From assembly GCA_965214835.1 (NCBI GenBank), contig CBDCCK010000002.1:2816001-2880000 (forward strand): a DNA stretch of 64,000 bases. The letters run 5' to 3'. Below are positions 21,101-32,032 of this stretch, in pieces. The DNA comes from Nitrosopumilaceae archaeon (GTDB lineage Archaea; Thermoproteota; Nitrososphaeria; Nitrososphaerales; Nitrosopumilaceae). The notes beneath the pieces were generated by a model. That model saw nothing but the letters and a program-made list of their open reading frames with translations, made no database searches and was not told the DNA's origin. The position numbers were made by a program, and so were the translations under genes. Position 1 is the first letter of the stretch. Each line of letters begins with the position of its first letter.

Positions 21101-24100
21101 CGTGTACGTTATCGTAGTACCGTCATGGGTGGCAGTCCCGTTGGGCGGATTCTCCACTGCCGATATCCTCGGGACATCTATTGTATCAGGATCCGATATG
21201 GCAGGCGTTATGGTTACCTGCACATCCTCTGTGGTGGTGGCCGTCGCGTCCGGCGCCACCGGCGCGTTGTTGGGAATCAGATCTGCACCCTCTACAAGCT
21301 TTGCCATCTGGAGTCCCTCCGTGTCAGAGACCACCGCGGCGTACGTGTCCCTGCCGATCATAAACAGGTCCAGATCCCGTGCATTTTCAAGTGAGTACTG
21401 CGGGCCGTCCTCCAGGGATCCGGCCTCCGACGGATTATCAGGATCGGTGACATCCACAATCTGAAGGCCGTCGTCGGACTGGGATGTCATGGCCGCATAG
21501 ACGGCCTGGCCCACCCTGAATATCTCCACGCCGCTGGCCCCGTCAAGCTGCAGCTCGCCGCCGTCTGCAAGCTTGCCGGCAGCTGCCGGATTTTGCGGAT
21601 CGGTGACATCCACAATCTGAAGGCCGTCGTCATGAAATGATGCGGCCGCCACATATGTGGAGCCGCCCTCCTCGAAGACTGCCAGGGCGCGGGTTCCGTT
21701 GAGCAGCAGGTCGCTGTCGTCTTCCAGCTGTCCTGCGGCTGCCGGGCTGGCCGGGTTGGTTATGTCTATAATCTGGAGGCCGGGCTCACCCCAGGAGGCC
21801 ACGACGGCATACGTGGAGCCTCCCGTCTCGAAGATGTCCACGGCGCTGGTATCTACAAGCAGCCGGTTGCTGTCGTCTTCCAGCTTGCCGGCAGCTGCCG
21901 GGCTGGCCGGGTTGGTTATGTCTATAATCTGGAGGCCGTCGTCGTTCTGGGTGGTGACGGCAGCATAGATGTTCGGGCCTATCCTGAAGGTGGTTACTGC
22001 ATTGACGCCGTCAAGAAGCAGGTTGCCGCCGTCTTCCACCTCTCCGACAGAGGCCGGGCTGGCCGGATTGGTGACGTCGACTATCTCGACGCCGTCGTCG
22101 TCATTGGAGGCCACGACGGCGTAGGTCTTGCCGCCTGTCGCAAACACATCCACTGCGCGGGCTCCATCAAGCTCCCTAGTGGTATTATCTGCCAGACTGC
22201 CAACGGCGGTAAGACTGGCAGGATTGGTGACGTCTACAATCTGGATGCCGTCCTCGCCACCGGAGGCGACCACCGCATACGTGGAGCCGCCTATCTCAAA
22301 GGTGTCCACGCCGCGAGACCGATCAAGTAAAAGCTGCGCGCTGTCGGGCAGGCTTCCAGAGTAAAGCGGGCTGTCCGGACTGGCCGTCGTGATCGGGTTG
22401 TCAGCTGCCGCAGATATCCGGTTTCCAAGCAGATCAGATATGGCGCCCGCTGCAATGTCAAGCTGCGGGGTACGCATCTGGCCTACGTCGTCTATCTGGG
22501 ACTGGGTAAGCGTGAGCGATATCGTATCAGAGTCCGGTACCGTGTCATCGAATGTCGCCCCAGTCAGGGCCACCTCGTTTGTTTCGCCCGTGTCGCTGAC
22601 ATACACCTTGGACAGGTCTGTATCTGAGACATCTATGGCTTCGCTAAAGGTTACAGCCATGAGGCCCGTGCGCACGTCAAGGGTTGCCGATGCAAACTCG
22701 GGCATTATTGTGTCAGTCTCGCCAAGCTTTGCCACCTGGAGGCCCTCCGCCTCTGTTACCACAGCAGCGTAGGTGTCCCCGCTGCTCGTAAACAGTGCCA
22801 GATCCCGGGCATTTCTAAGGGAGTACTGCGGGCCGTCCTCCAGGGATCCGGCAGCTGTAGGGCTGTCGGGATCGGTGAGATCCACAATCTGGAGGCCGCC
22901 GTCGGACTGGGATGTCATGGCCGCATAGGCGGTTCCGTCCACCCTGAATATCTCCACGCCGCTGGCCCCGTCAAGCTGCAGCTCGCCGCCGTCTGCAAGC
23001 TTGCCGGCAGCTGCCGGATTTTGCGGATCGGTGACATCCACAATCTGGAGGCCGTCGTCATGAAATGATGCGGCCGCCACATATGTGGAGCCGCCCTCCT
23101 CAAAGACTGCCAGGGCGCGGGTTCCGTTGAGCAGCAGGTCGCTGTCGTCTTCCAGCTGTCCTGCGGCTGCCGGGCTGGCCGGGTTGGTTATGTCTATAAT
23201 CTGGAGGCCGGGCTCACCCCAGGAGGCCACGACGGCATACGTGGAGCCTCCCGTCTCGAAGATGTCCACGGCGCTGGTATCTACAAGCAGCCGGTCGCTG
23301 TCGTCTTCCAGCTTGCCGGCAGCTGCCGGGCTGGCCGGATTGGTTATGTCTATAATCTGGAGGCCGTCGTCGTTCTGGGTGGTGACGGCAACATAGATGT
23401 TCGGGCCTATCCTGAAGGTGGTTACTGCATTGGCGCCGTCAAGAAGCAGGTTGCCGTCGTCTTCCACCTCTCCGACAGAGGCCGGGCTGGCCGGATTGGT
23501 GACGTCGACTATCTCGACGCCATCGTCTCCAACGGAGGCCACGACGGCGTAGGTCTTGCCGCCTGTCGCAAACACATCCACTGCGCGGGCTCCATCAAGC
23601 TCCCTAGTGGTATTATCTGCCAGACTGCCAACGGCGGTAAGACTGGCAGGATTGGTGACGTCTACAATCTGGATGCCGTCCTCGCCACCGGAGGCGACCA
23701 CCGCATACGTGGAGCCGCCTATCTCAAAGGTGTCCACGCCGCGAGACCGATCAAGTAAAAGCTGCGCGCTGTCGGGCAGGCTTCCAGAGTAAAGCGGGCT
23801 GTCCGGACTGGCCGTCGTGATCGGGTTGTCAGCTGCCGCAGATATCCGGTTTCCAAGCAGATCAGATACGGCGCCCGCTGCAATGTCAAGCTGCGGGGCA
23901 TTCATCTGGTTTGCATCGTCCAGCTGGGAGGGGGTAAGCATGAATGATATCGTATCAGAGTCCGGTACCGTGTCATCGAATGTCGCCCCAGTCAGGGCCA
24001 CCTCGTTTGTTTCGCCCGCGTCGCTGACATACACCTTAGACAGGTCTGTATCTGAGACATCTATGGTCTCGCTGAAGGTTATAGTCATGAGGCCCGTGTT

Positions 24101-26491
24101 CTCGTCAAGGGTTGCCGATGCAAACTCGGGCATTATTGTGTCAGTCTCGCCAAGATTTACCATCTGGAGGCCCTCCACGTTTGTTACCACCACGGCGTAC
24201 GTGTCCCCGTCGATCGTTGACAGGGCCAGATCCCGGGCATTTCTAAGGGAGTGCTGCGAGTCGTCCTCCAGGAATCCGGCAGCTGCGGGTTTGTCAGGAT
24301 CGGTGACATCCACAATCTGGAGGCCGTCGTCGGACTGGGATGTCATAATTGCATAGACGGCCTTGTCCGCCCTGAATATCTCCACGCCGCTGGCCCCGTC
24401 AAGCTGCAGCTCGCCGCCGTCTGCAAGCTTGCCGGCAGCTGCCGGATTTTGCGGATCGGTGACATCCACAATCTGAAGGCCGTCGTCATGAAATGATGCG
24501 GCCGCCACATATGTGGAGCCGCCCTCCTCGAAGACTGCCAGGGCGCGGATTCCGTTGAGCAGCAGGTCGCTGTCGTCTTCCAGCTGTCCTGCGGCTGCCG
24601 GGCTGGCCGGGTTGGTTATGTCTATAATCTGGAGGCCGGGCTCACCCCAGGAGGCCACGACGGCATACGTGGAGCCTCCCGTCTCGAAGATGTCCACGGC
24701 GCTGGTATCTACAAGCAGCCGGTTGCTGTCGTCTTCCAGCTTGCCGGCAGCTGCCGGGCTGGCCGGATTGGTTATGTCTATAATCTGGAGGCCGTCGTCG
24801 TTCTGGGTGGTGACGGCAACATAGATGTTCGGGCCTATCCTGAAGGTGGTTACTGCATTGGCGCCGCCAAGAAGCAGGTTGCCGTCGTCTTCCACCTCTC
24901 CGACAGAGGCCGGGCTGGCCGGATTGGTGACGTCGACTATCTCGACGCCATCGTCTCCAACGGAGGCCACGACGGCGTAGGTCTTGCCGCCTGTCGCAAA
25001 CACATCCACTGCGCGGGCTCCATCAAGCTCCCTAGTGGTATTATCTGCCAGACTGCCAACGGCGGTAAGACTGGCAGGATTGGTGACGTCTACAATCTGG
25101 ATGCCGTCCTCGCCACCGGAGGCGACCACCGCATACGTGGAGCCGCCTATCTCAAAGGTGTCCACGCCGCGAGACCGATCAAGTAAAAGCTGCGTGCTGT
25201 CGGGCAGGCTTCCGTAGAAGATCGGGTTGTCCGGGCTGATCGGGATCTGGCTGATCTCCGCTAGCTGGAAGCCGCTGTCACCCCAAGCGGCGACTGCGGC
25301 GTAGGTCTTGTCGTCTATTGTGAAGACGTTCACGCCTCTAGCGCCACGAAGCTCCCTAGAACCCCCATCACCCAGATGCCCTGCGGCGGTTGGAGTGGCA
25401 GGATCGGTGATGTCTATAATCTGGAGGCCGTGGTCGATATTAGAGGCTATTGCTGCATAGGTTCTGCTGTCTAATGTGAATATGTCCACGCCATAGGCAC
25501 CGTCAAGCAACAGCTCGTTACCTCCATCAGCATCTTTCAAATTGCCTACGGCAGTGGGACGGGCTGGGTTGGAGACATCCACAATCTGGAGGCTGTCACC
25601 ATTCTCGGAGACAACTACGGCGTAGGTTGTGCTATCCATCGTGAAGACTGTCACATCTTGGGCGTTTGTAAGCAATACGTTAGTACCATCATGTCTCAGA
25701 TTACCGGCCGCTTGCGGATCGGTAGGATCGGAGACGTTGACTAGCTGGATGCCGGCGTCACTAAAGGAGGTCACTACGGCGTAGGTGTTTGTTCCTATCG
25801 TGAAGACATCCACGCTATAGGGGGCATCAAACAGCAAGGAGCCGGTATTCCCCAGACGCCCGGCAGCTGCCGGGCTGGCAGGGTTGGTGACGTCTATAAT
25901 TTGGAGGCCGTCATCGACGGAGGAGACCACTGCAGCGTAGGTGTTTGTTCCTATCGTGAAGGTATCCACGCTTCTGGCGCCATCAAGTAGCAGTGTGTTA
26001 CCTTCATCGGCATCTTTCAAATTGCCTACGGCAGTGGGACGGGCTGGGTTGGTGACATCTACGATCTGGAGGGCGTCTTCCTCTAAGGCGACGACTGCGG
26101 CGTAGGTGTTTGTTCCTATCGTGAAGATAGCCACATCAAAGGCGCCATCAAGCGCCCTAGTACCCCCCTCTCTCAGATTTCCCACAGGAGTAGGACTGGC
26201 AGGATCAGTGACATTTACAATCTGGAGGGCATCACTAAAGTAGGACGCTACTGCGGCGTAGGTGTTTGTTCCTATCGTGAAGGTATCCACGTTGCGGGCG
26301 CCTTCAAATTCCCGAGAACTGCCATCAGTCAGCATCCCGGTGGGAGTTACCTCGACCGGGAATTGGATCTGCTGTGCATATGCATCCTGCAGACCGCCGG
26401 CGGCTACAAGACCTAAGACGGCCGCAATTAACACCAAGCACATAGAGGCAGTATCTACACGGGCCCGACGGGACGGGTGCGGCCATGTCAA
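18122..26491 (-). CDS. Giant (about 2780 aa) secreted protein: LVIVD-repeat propellers, cadherin/Big-like and HYR modules, a type-1 periplasmic (branched-chain amino acid-like) binding domain, C-terminal unknown domain
   Basis: Signal peptide ending 'AYA'; many 'GLQIIDITNPASP' repeats; 'TITYTPDQDYTGTDTFGYTVSDG'; 'STAPSLAIAGDNVFRMAPDDSQQG'. Confidence 0.88.
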   Translation of the reverse strand: MTWPHPSRRARVDTASMCLVLIAAVLGLVAAGGLQDAYAQQIQFPVEVTPTGMLTDGSSREFEGARNVDTFTIGTNTYAAVASYFSDALQIVNVTDPASPTPVGNLREGGTRALDGAFDVAIFTIGTNTYAAVVALEEDALQIVDVTNPARPTAVGNLKDADEGNTLLLDGARSVDTFTIGTNTYAAVVSSVDDGLQIIDVTNPASPAAAGRLGNTGSLLFDAPYSVDVFTIGTNTYAVVTSFSDAGIQLVNVSDPTDPQAAGNLRHDGTNVLLTNAQDVTVFTMDSTTYAVVVSENGDSLQIVDVSNPARPTAVGNLKDADGGNELLLDGAYGVDIFTLDSRTYAAIASNIDHGLQIIDITDPATPTAAGHLGDGGSRELRGARGVNVFTIDDKTYAAVAAWGDSGFQLAEISQIPISPDNPIFYGSLPDSTQLLLDRSRGVDTFEIGGSTYAVVASGGEDGIQIVDVTNPASLTAVGSLADNTTRELDGARAVDVFATGGKTYAVVASVGDDGVEIVDVTNPASPASVGEVEDDGNLLLGGANAVTTFRIGPNIYVAVTTQNDDGLQIIDITNPASPAAAGKLEDDSNRLLVDTSAVDIFETGGSTYAVVASWGEPGLQIIDITNPASPAAAGQLEDDSDLLLNGIRALAVFEEGGSTYVAAASFHDDGLQIVDVTDPQNPAAAGKLADGGELQLDGASGVEIFRADKAVYAIMTSQSDDGLQIVDVTDPDKPAAAGFLEDDSQHSLRNARDLALSTIDGDTYAVVVTNVEGLQMVNLGETDTIMPEFASATLDENTGLMTITFSETIDVSDTDLSKVYVSDAGETNEVALTGATFDDTVPDSDTISFMLTPSQLDDANQMNAPQLDIAAGAVSDLLGNRISAAADNPITTASPDSPLYSGSLPDSAQLLLDRSRGVDTFEIGGSTYAVVASGGEDGIQIVDVTNPASLTAVGSLADNTTRELDGARAVDVFATGGKTYAVVASVGDDGVEIVDVTNPASPASVGEVEDDGNLLLDGANAVTTFRIGPNIYVAVTTQNDDGLQIIDITNPASPAAAGKLEDDSDRLLVDTSAVDIFETGGSTYAVVASWGEPGLQIIDITNPASPAAAGQLEDDSDLLLNGTRALAVFEEGGSTYVAAASFHDDGLQIVDVTDPQNPAAAGKLADGGELQLDGASGVEIFRVDGTAYAAMTSQSDGGLQIVDLTDPDSPTAAGSLEDGPQYSLRNARDLALFTSSGDTYAAVVTEAEGLQVAKLGETDTIMPEFASATLDVRTGLMAVTFSEAIDVSDTDLSKVYVSDTGETNEVALTGATFDDTVPDSDTISLTLTQSQIDDVGQMRTPQLDIAAGAISDLLGNRISAAADNPITTASPDSPLYSGSLPDSAQLLLDRSRGVDTFEIGGSTYAVVASGGEDGIQIVDVTNPASLTAVGSLADNTTRELDGARAVDVFATGGKTYAVVASNDDDGVEIVDVTNPASPASVGEVEDGGNLLLDGVNAVTTFRIGPNIYAAVTTQNDDGLQIIDITNPASPAAAGKLEDDSNRLLVDTSAVDIFETGGSTYAVVASWGEPGLQIIDITNPASPAAAGQLEDDSDLLLNGTRALAVFEEGGSTYVAAASFHDDGLQIVDVTDPQNPAAAGKLADGGELQLDGASGVEIFRVGQAVYAAMTSQSDDGLQIVDVTDPDNPSEAGSLEDGPQYSLENARDLDLFMIGRDTYAAVVSDTEGLQMAKLVEGADLIPNNAPVAPDATATTTEDVQVTITPAISDPDTIDVPRISAVENPPNGTATHDGTTITYTPDQDYTGTDTFGYTVSDGIDTAQGTITITITRDNNDPVLETIGSRTTVVGVQLTVTPMVTDADPTDTHTYSISRGTLPAAAVFSTSDGILTWTPTSVDGLTHEVTITVDDGRGGTDSQTFEITVSAEAIIMLNGSNPLYHELGTPYTDPGATVTDGSPVVTDASAVDANLTGDYIVNYTATSTDGNPLTASRTVVVRDTTPPVITISGEDPVTIPLGSTYTDAGASSTDNDPAYTESISTDATTVDTDRLGTYAVIYTATDAAGNTATATRTVVIPVEMIAIGAMIPQTGGLGGQLGAHHTFAAEQAIADLNAHLASTDAVWRAVLEIRDTEAAGADAAIRSLDTANVTLVSGPVRSSELDAVRNYADSNDMILFSCCSTAPSLAIAGDNVFRMAPDDSQQGPVIADLLREEYEKDVVVVVWRGDIWGEGIKNSAVAGFEALGGTVDETVGSYDPDDANLNGTFAGLAQRLNTAVSGHTEDVGADRVSVLFIGQDETFRFVDRAADYPALGTVRWMGSDASVLDGNLAGDPRIRGFLAGAEFQASAFAEDSGSDLYESLTDRIDDEFGTTTPAVYTYSTYDTIRVLGLALERAGWDAGFAEIKDAIPQAASGHEGAIGDINLNAAGDLDRSIYAVWGIDGSGWTRLGVWDDGFIPDSRGGGNDDEWQTAPTFGISPQTGSQVVACGYSMDGTCRDVLDYHVDYRRESIQTNTKHDFTLRAHSVAGVQQFQIGFGVPEVGSPMGASEAVLTVELGRDYSADSTYEILDAAYTDPNDVIGEAVLGVELVGCMSPADPTKCVELSIGGLLFREQMYHEPFVIYVMDVQRWSAQNYMNDGLLVQGDSMNPAPLDTAGIYKRGQQHEAAVIQLERTDKLADLWADQWGNEWARNSHGTWYRTVPDAFERHQDDAWKVMNRMNSNFATLVQAEHDRAVLVFDAAQLVPEPGSVFAYEYPDIQPGDVRLEQLADALQAERLRAQEIIDRMMSMTYHVSD
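21290..25235 (-). repeat. Intragenic tandem repeat, period 1428 bp (476 aa), about 2.8 copies
   Basis: Near-identical antisense ORFs at 21657, 23085 and 24513, and at 22128, 23556 and 24984. Confidence 0.92.
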
Positions 26492-26759
26492 AGCTACGGT
26501 AGCTCACCCCCCCCCCAAGCGATCAGGGGAACTTTGGCAGGGGTGCCCTGCCCCATGACAACATGTAAGTCATTCATTCTGATGTCATGGTTAAATCGAG
26601 TGTGATTATTAAAGATATTGAAACCTCTTAGCCTGTGTCTCATATGATAATTAGTTCCGCCTAACATTTGTATCCTTCTCCATCCATTTGGGGTCGCTTT
26701 TCCTGATCGCTTCTGTGGCCTCCCTTGCCGAGAAGGCCATCCTGGGCATCTCGGCACGC

Positions 26760-27071
26760 CCCATGTCAAGCGACCAGTGCGTCCTGCGCTCGTTGTAGAA
26801 CTCGATGAACTCGTCGACCGTCTAAGTGCGTCAGCTCCTTCTCAAGCGTCCTGAACCACCTCTCCAGCTTGCCGTTGGTCTGGGGGTGGTGCGGACGCGA
26901 GTTGAGCAGGACGATGTTGCGCTCTAGCAGCTCGTCCTCAAACAGCGTGGGCGTCCAGCTGCCCCTGGGGGTGCCGCGCCTGGCCGGCGTAAAGAGCTGC
27001 CGTTGTCAGAGAGTATCTGGGCCGGCGTCCCGAATTGCCTGATGGCCTTGCGCAGCACCGGCACTGCATTC
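26760..27071 (-). pseudogene. IS481-like (integrase core) transposase remnant, C-terminal part
   Basis: 'FGTPAQILSDNG', 'SRPHHPQTNGKLERWFRTLE' on the minus strand. Confidence 0.75.
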
Positions 27072-28002
27072 GTACAACTTCAGGTCCTTTTTATACTGAC
27101 AGTCAAACATTTTTGGGCAGCATCTTATGATCAGATGCCCCTGCGAACATGGCTGAACATCAGACATTTGTGATCAGACATTGTAGGTTTGGAATTTACG
27201 GGAGTGACATAATATCGGCATCTTGGTCAAAGAATTTCGATGGAAATCTTTTTTGATCTTGCCTGTCTGATGTAACATATGGACTCCAAAGCCGTGCTTG
27301 CACGCTGTACGGATCCTGGAAAGGCACTTGTCATGATCATAGAGCAGGATGAGAAGATCTCCGGGCTGGAAAAAGAACTCTCTATTGTCAAGAAGGAGAA
27401 TGCGGATGTCAAGAAGGAGAATGCTGAGCTTCAGGCAAGGCTTGCCCTGTACGAGAGTCCCAACATGCCCACGTCCACGCCGTCATTATACAATGATGCC
27501 AGAAAAAAGTTCAGGGAGAAAAGGGGCGAGGATCCCGGAGGCAGTCCCGGCGATGCGGCCAGGGGCAAGAAACGCGGCCCTCCGTGCGGACACCATGGTA
27601 CATCGCACGGCAACCGGCCATCCATGACATTAAGGTACGATCTTGATTTCAAAATATGCCCAAAGTGCAACATCCAGTTACGGATGCTCAAGCCGATCCA
27701 CAAGCTTGTCAACGACCTGGACGGCTCCATGCGCATGATTACTGCCAATGCCATCATCCAAAACGCGGTGTGTCCACAGTGCAATACCGTGCATGTCGCA
27801 GCTACCCCGTTTCTAGGCGGCACGTCACTTGGGCCCGTCTCACTCTCTCTAATCATGATGTTCTTTGAGAAGGGAAGCATAGACGAGGACATTGCAGAGT
27901 ACTTTCAGTAGTAATAGGTTAGCCCCTGCCTAGAGTTAAAGTCACACCCACCGTCTTTTCAGGCATGAAAATCACAACTGCAGGCAGATTAGTGCAGGAT
28001 TG

Positions 28003-29685
28003 CTAGGGGCAGACGACCACGTACCCGGGGTTTCCGACCAGCGCGTCCCTGATCATGTCCGTAACGTTGCACCCCCGGAGGCGCCATGTCTCGATGCACG
28101 TCAACATGTTACCGAACATCTTCTGTCCGTCTTTTGTCCGCAGTCCGAACCGTATCTTGCGCGCGATCACGCCGGGCCTCAGCGTGCGCTCTGCCAGGTT
28201 GTTGGTGGGATCCATCCCAGGACGCGTCGTAAACGTGTAGAGAAACTCCGAGGCGTTGTCAATCTTTGTGGCACAGCTGTCACATCCTTCCTTCCTGTAT
28301 GTGGCGGCAATCTCGCGTGTTTCTGCCACCCGACTGTCGTGCTGCCTGGCAGCCTCCTCCGGCGGCCCCGGCCCCTTGGCGCAATGCATCTGCCACTTGA
28401 GGCGCTCGCCTGCGGCGCGAACCTCCGGGGAGTCCGTTTTCTCGCTTTGGGCATCTGCCTCCCGGATTATGTGGGCCCAGCACCGCTGCCTGTTCCTGCC
28501 AAAGAACTTGTCGTATCCGGGGTATCCGTCAGTCACCCCGACTCTGGGCACGTATGAAAAGTGCTCATCCAGTACGGATGCCCTCCTGCTGTCAGTTGCC
28601 ACCATGTGCGCGCCGACGGCATTGCCGTCCTTGACGCCCACTGCCACCCACATGTAGCCGCTCTTGCCGTCGTATGGCATCCCCGTCTCGTCCATGTGGA
28701 CGTGGTCGCATCCTGCAATGTCTTTTTTGATGTCCTCCACGCACGGATCAAGCTTCTTTGTAACGGTCTTGAGGCAGTTCTGTATCATCGCCTTGCTTAC
28801 ATCAATTTTAAAGATCTCCTTTACGATGCGCCTGATCGAGCCGACGGATGCCGGCATGGTGTACAGGGTGCCGATATAGGAGGCAATGTTGGGTCCAAAC
28901 TCGGTGCCCGGAACGACCAGCCCGCCCCCGTTTGTCGTGGTGATGGCGCCGCACTTGCGGCACTTGCGGCGGGTAAAGTAGTGCTGTGTCGTGACCGGCT
29001 CTGGGATCTCTGGAATGTCAGTAGCCATCCTAGTTCCGGCGGGAACCGGATCTGTCAGGTCGCGCCCGTTGCACGCGCCGCACATGTCAGGCACGTGGTT
29101 CATTTCCCGGGTCGGTGTTCTCCTGTGTGATATGCCCTCGTGTCCGGGCCTGCGGCCCGGCCTTGTAGGTGCCCTTCCAGATGCCCCTGCCGCGGCTGCT
29201 GCCTTTTTCTGCCTGGTCGGAATCGAGTTCTGCGAGGAGGGGCTGTGCGGGTTCTCATAATATGTGATGCGTTGTTTGAACTGCTTGATTTGTGCTGTCT
29301 GCGTCGCGATTTGCGCGGCAGAGACGGCATTGTCAGATTTGCGTCCCGCCTTCTCAGCGGCAAGCTCCTCCCGTGTCCTCTGATGTTCCTTCTGCTCCTT
29401 CTGAAGCTTGCCTTGCGTCCTCTGATGTTCCTTCTGCTCCTTCTGAAGCTTGCCTTGCGTCCTCTGATGTTCCTTCTGCTCCTTCTGAAGCTTGCCTTGC
29501 GTCCTCTGATGTTCCTTCTGCTCCTTCTGAAGCTTGCCTTGCGTCCTCTGATGTTCCTTCTGCTCCTTCTGAAGTTCCGCTTTTTCGCGGGCAAGCTCAT
29601 TGCATAGTTCCTTGAATTCCGAGGCTGTAGGCATGTATTTCCCGGGTAATGATAGTTTATAGATCAGGTGGTCAGAAAAAATCAA
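28003..29685 (-). CDS. IS66 transposase, intact, with 14-aa coiled-coil repeats
   Basis: 'HMDETG', 'TDGY', 'QRCWAHII', 'PTNNLAERTLR'. Confidence 0.92.
   Translation of the reverse strand: MIFSDHLIYKLSLPGKYMPTASEFKELCNELAREKAELQKEQKEHQRTQGKLQKEQKEHQRTQGKLQKEQKEHQRTQGKLQKEQKEHQRTQGKLQKEQKEHQRTREELAAEKAGRKSDNAVSAAQIATQTAQIKQFKQRITYYENPHSPSSQNSIPTRQKKAAAAAGASGRAPTRPGRRPGHEGISHRRTPTREMNHVPDMCGACNGRDLTDPVPAGTRMATDIPEIPEPVTTQHYFTRRKCRKCGAITTTNGGGLVVPGTEFGPNIASYIGTLYTMPASVGSIRRIVKEIFKIDVSKAMIQNCLKTVTKKLDPCVEDIKKDIAGCDHVHMDETGMPYDGKSGYMWVAVGVKDGNAVGAHMVATDSRRASVLDEHFSYVPRVGVTDGYPGYDKFFGRNRQRCWAHIIREADAQSEKTDSPEVRAAGERLKWQMHCAKGPGPPEEAARQHDSRVAETREIAATYRKEGCDSCATKIDNASEFLYTFTTRPGMDPTNNLAERTLRPGVIARKIRFGLRTKDGQKMFGNMLTCIETWRLRGCNVTDMIRDALVGNPGYVVVCP
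29377..29574 (-). repeat. 42-bp tandem repeat, about 4.7 copies (LQKEQKEHQRTQGK)
   Basis: Direct reading of the sequence. Confidence 0.95.
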
Positions 29686-29854
29686 CTAGGCAGGGGCTAA
29701 CCTATTACTTTCAGTATATGTTTGGATTCAAGATGGCCCCAAATACCGTGACTGCCGCCCGGCACGCAGTGGCAGAGGCACTCCGGCAAAACATGATACA
29801 ATGCATACAGACATTCATTGCGGGCAGGCCGTGGATACAGATGGACGAGACCGG

Positions 29855-30939
29855 AGAAGCAATCCGTAATTAAATTACGAGTGGCAGGTTGCAGTTGTTT
29901 TCTGCCGTGTTTTTCAGGCCACAGCGGCTATCCGTTCCAGTATCCTCAGGTTGACCAGCCCGCACACGATACTGTTGGCCAGATCGTACTTTCTGAGCCT
30001 GTTTCTGTACTTGTAGCTCATTATCTTGAATGTCTTGACCCTGCGTATGCCATTCTCCACGTACACCCGTATCTTTGAGTGTGTTCTGTTGTACTCTTTT
30101 TCATCGTCGGTCAGCTTGCCGCCAGGACTCTTCTTGATTGGAAGTATAACCTTCGTCCCTGCATCGATGTGCTGCGCACCCTGGTATCCGCGATCCATAT
30201 AGTGCCGCAGCTCCTCGCCGTCCTCCTCACCGCTCCAGAACGTGGGATGCTTCATCTGGTATATCTTGACGTCGTTTACGCGCCCCGGCGAGTGCGGGGT
30301 CTTGTGCACTATGGCACCGTGTATGTTGACCGTATACTGGACCTTGGCCGTGTGCGTGCCTGCCTTGCCCGAATAGTGCGACTTTTCCATGTCCTTTCTC
30401 TTGGGCCTGTTTGTGGGCTGCTCGGAGGCGTCAGTCAGGCACACCATCCCCGGGAAGATCTCGGCCAGCTCCTCGACTGAGGAGATCCTCTTGGAGTCCT
30501 TGTAAATCTTCTCGGGGATCGGCAGGCATTGTTTTAGCAGGGGCTCAGTCAGGCTTATGGAGCGCGAGACCGACGCCTGTCCTATACCGAACATGGCGCC
30601 AGCCACGTCCTGGGAGACGTACGTCCTGTAGTAGAACAAGACCAGCAGTACGCGGTTCCTCAGATCCAGGGCAAAGGGCCTGCCTGCGCCTATATCCCGC
30701 ACACGGTCGGGCCTTGAGAGCCTCTTCTTCTCGGTATCTGGAAATTTCTTTTGCACCTCGGTACACAGCTGGTCAAACTCTGCCTCGGTCATTCCTGCAA
30801 ACATCCGGAACGTCCGTGGGTTTTTTGTCAGTCTATCGATCAAACACATGACTTGTACATGGTTTTACAGGTATTTTGATCCGTCAGGCATAGATTAGTG
30901 CCCAAGTGGGTCAAAATCTGCTAATTAAGAATCGCTTCT
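29855..30939 (-). mobile_element. IS5-family (ISL2-like) element with intact transposase 29914-30849
   Basis: TIRs AGAAGCAATCCGTAATTA / TAATTAAGAATCGCTTCT; 3-bp TSD CGG; motifs 'LTDASEQ', 'YSGKAGTH', 'MDRGYQG', 'RVYVENGI'. Confidence 0.9.
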
Positions 30940-32032
30940 CGGCTTTAAGCGCGGCGACGGACACACGGGGTACGTCTGGGTGCTCAACTGTGCGGGGGCG
31001 TGCTTTGTGGTCTTTGCAGATTCCCGGTCCTCTGAGGTACTGCACACGCACTTTGGATGGCTGGATCCCAGGGTTCCCACAGTCGTCGACGGGCTGGCCC
31101 AGTACAAGCTGTTCTTTGAGATAATCCAGAGGTGCTGGAGGCACCTTCTGGCGTATGCAGAAAAGCTTGCAGTAAAGATGCCCGAAGGCGATGATGGGAA
31201 AAGGTATGACTTGCTGCTGGAATTTTACAGGGAGGTAAAAAAGATCAAAGACGCTTGCGTCGCTTACATACATGGAGCTTTCAAGGGAGGCATACAAAAT
31301 AATCAGCCCGTATGAGGACGATCACGTGCGTACACACCTGCTAAACGCCATACCCAACATGTTTACGTTTCTAGCGCGTCCGGGAATGCCGCCGCACAAC
31401 AACGATACGGAGCGATGCATACGCGACGGGATCATACCACAGCGCAATGCGCGCCACAAGATCGTAACTGACGGGGGAAGAAAGACGGCTTCTGCGCTGC
31501 TGACGTTCTCGATGACATGCCGCAAGCAAAACATACATCCTGCCGGTGGACTCTTGAAATACCTGCGGGATCCGGGCTGGGATATCTTTGCAGGGGCCAA
31601 GGATGACGCGCACCTGCTGTCCTCGCTTGTCAATACGGACGGTACAAGATACAGTGTCTTTGAGTGTCCCGGGCCGCCGCCGGTGTGGCCGCCTGCAGCA
31701 GGTGCAGGCAAGGGGGCGGTACGCTGGAACCAGACGGCCGTCGTACCCGTAGCCCCGATGGCACTTTGATCCGTCTGGCGCCTACGGGACGGCGTAACCC
31801 GTAGCCTCATATCGAAGGATCCGGCTGAATCTGCCAGTCAACGGCACCGAATGCAACAGTTTCTGATTGCCTGCAGGTGCCGTCTGTCAATGTGTTGCCT
31901 GCACGGCGCCGGTTCTGGCATGTACAAAGGATGTGTGGTGATGCAACGGGTCTGTCACAACGGATGCGGAAGGATCAAAAAGTTCCGGACAAAAAGTTCC
32001 CTGGGCGCTTTAAATAGGACCTGAAGTTGTAC

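Larger units (their letters stand above)
27911..29708 (-). mobile_element. IS66-family element C
   Basis: Perfect 23-bp TIR GTAATAGGTTAGCCCCTGCCTAG; 8-bp TSD TTTCAGTA. Confidence 0.95.
27072..32032 (+). mobile_element. IS66-B copy 2, interrupted by IS66-C and an IS5/ISL2-like element
   Basis: Same TIRs as 7833-9899; TSD CTGCATTC; near-identical to copy 1. Confidence 0.93.

Noticed and set aside
1225-25235. Diversity-generating retroelement acting on the repeat proteins
   Set aside because: No reverse transcriptase in the window, and repeat differences show no evident adenine bias
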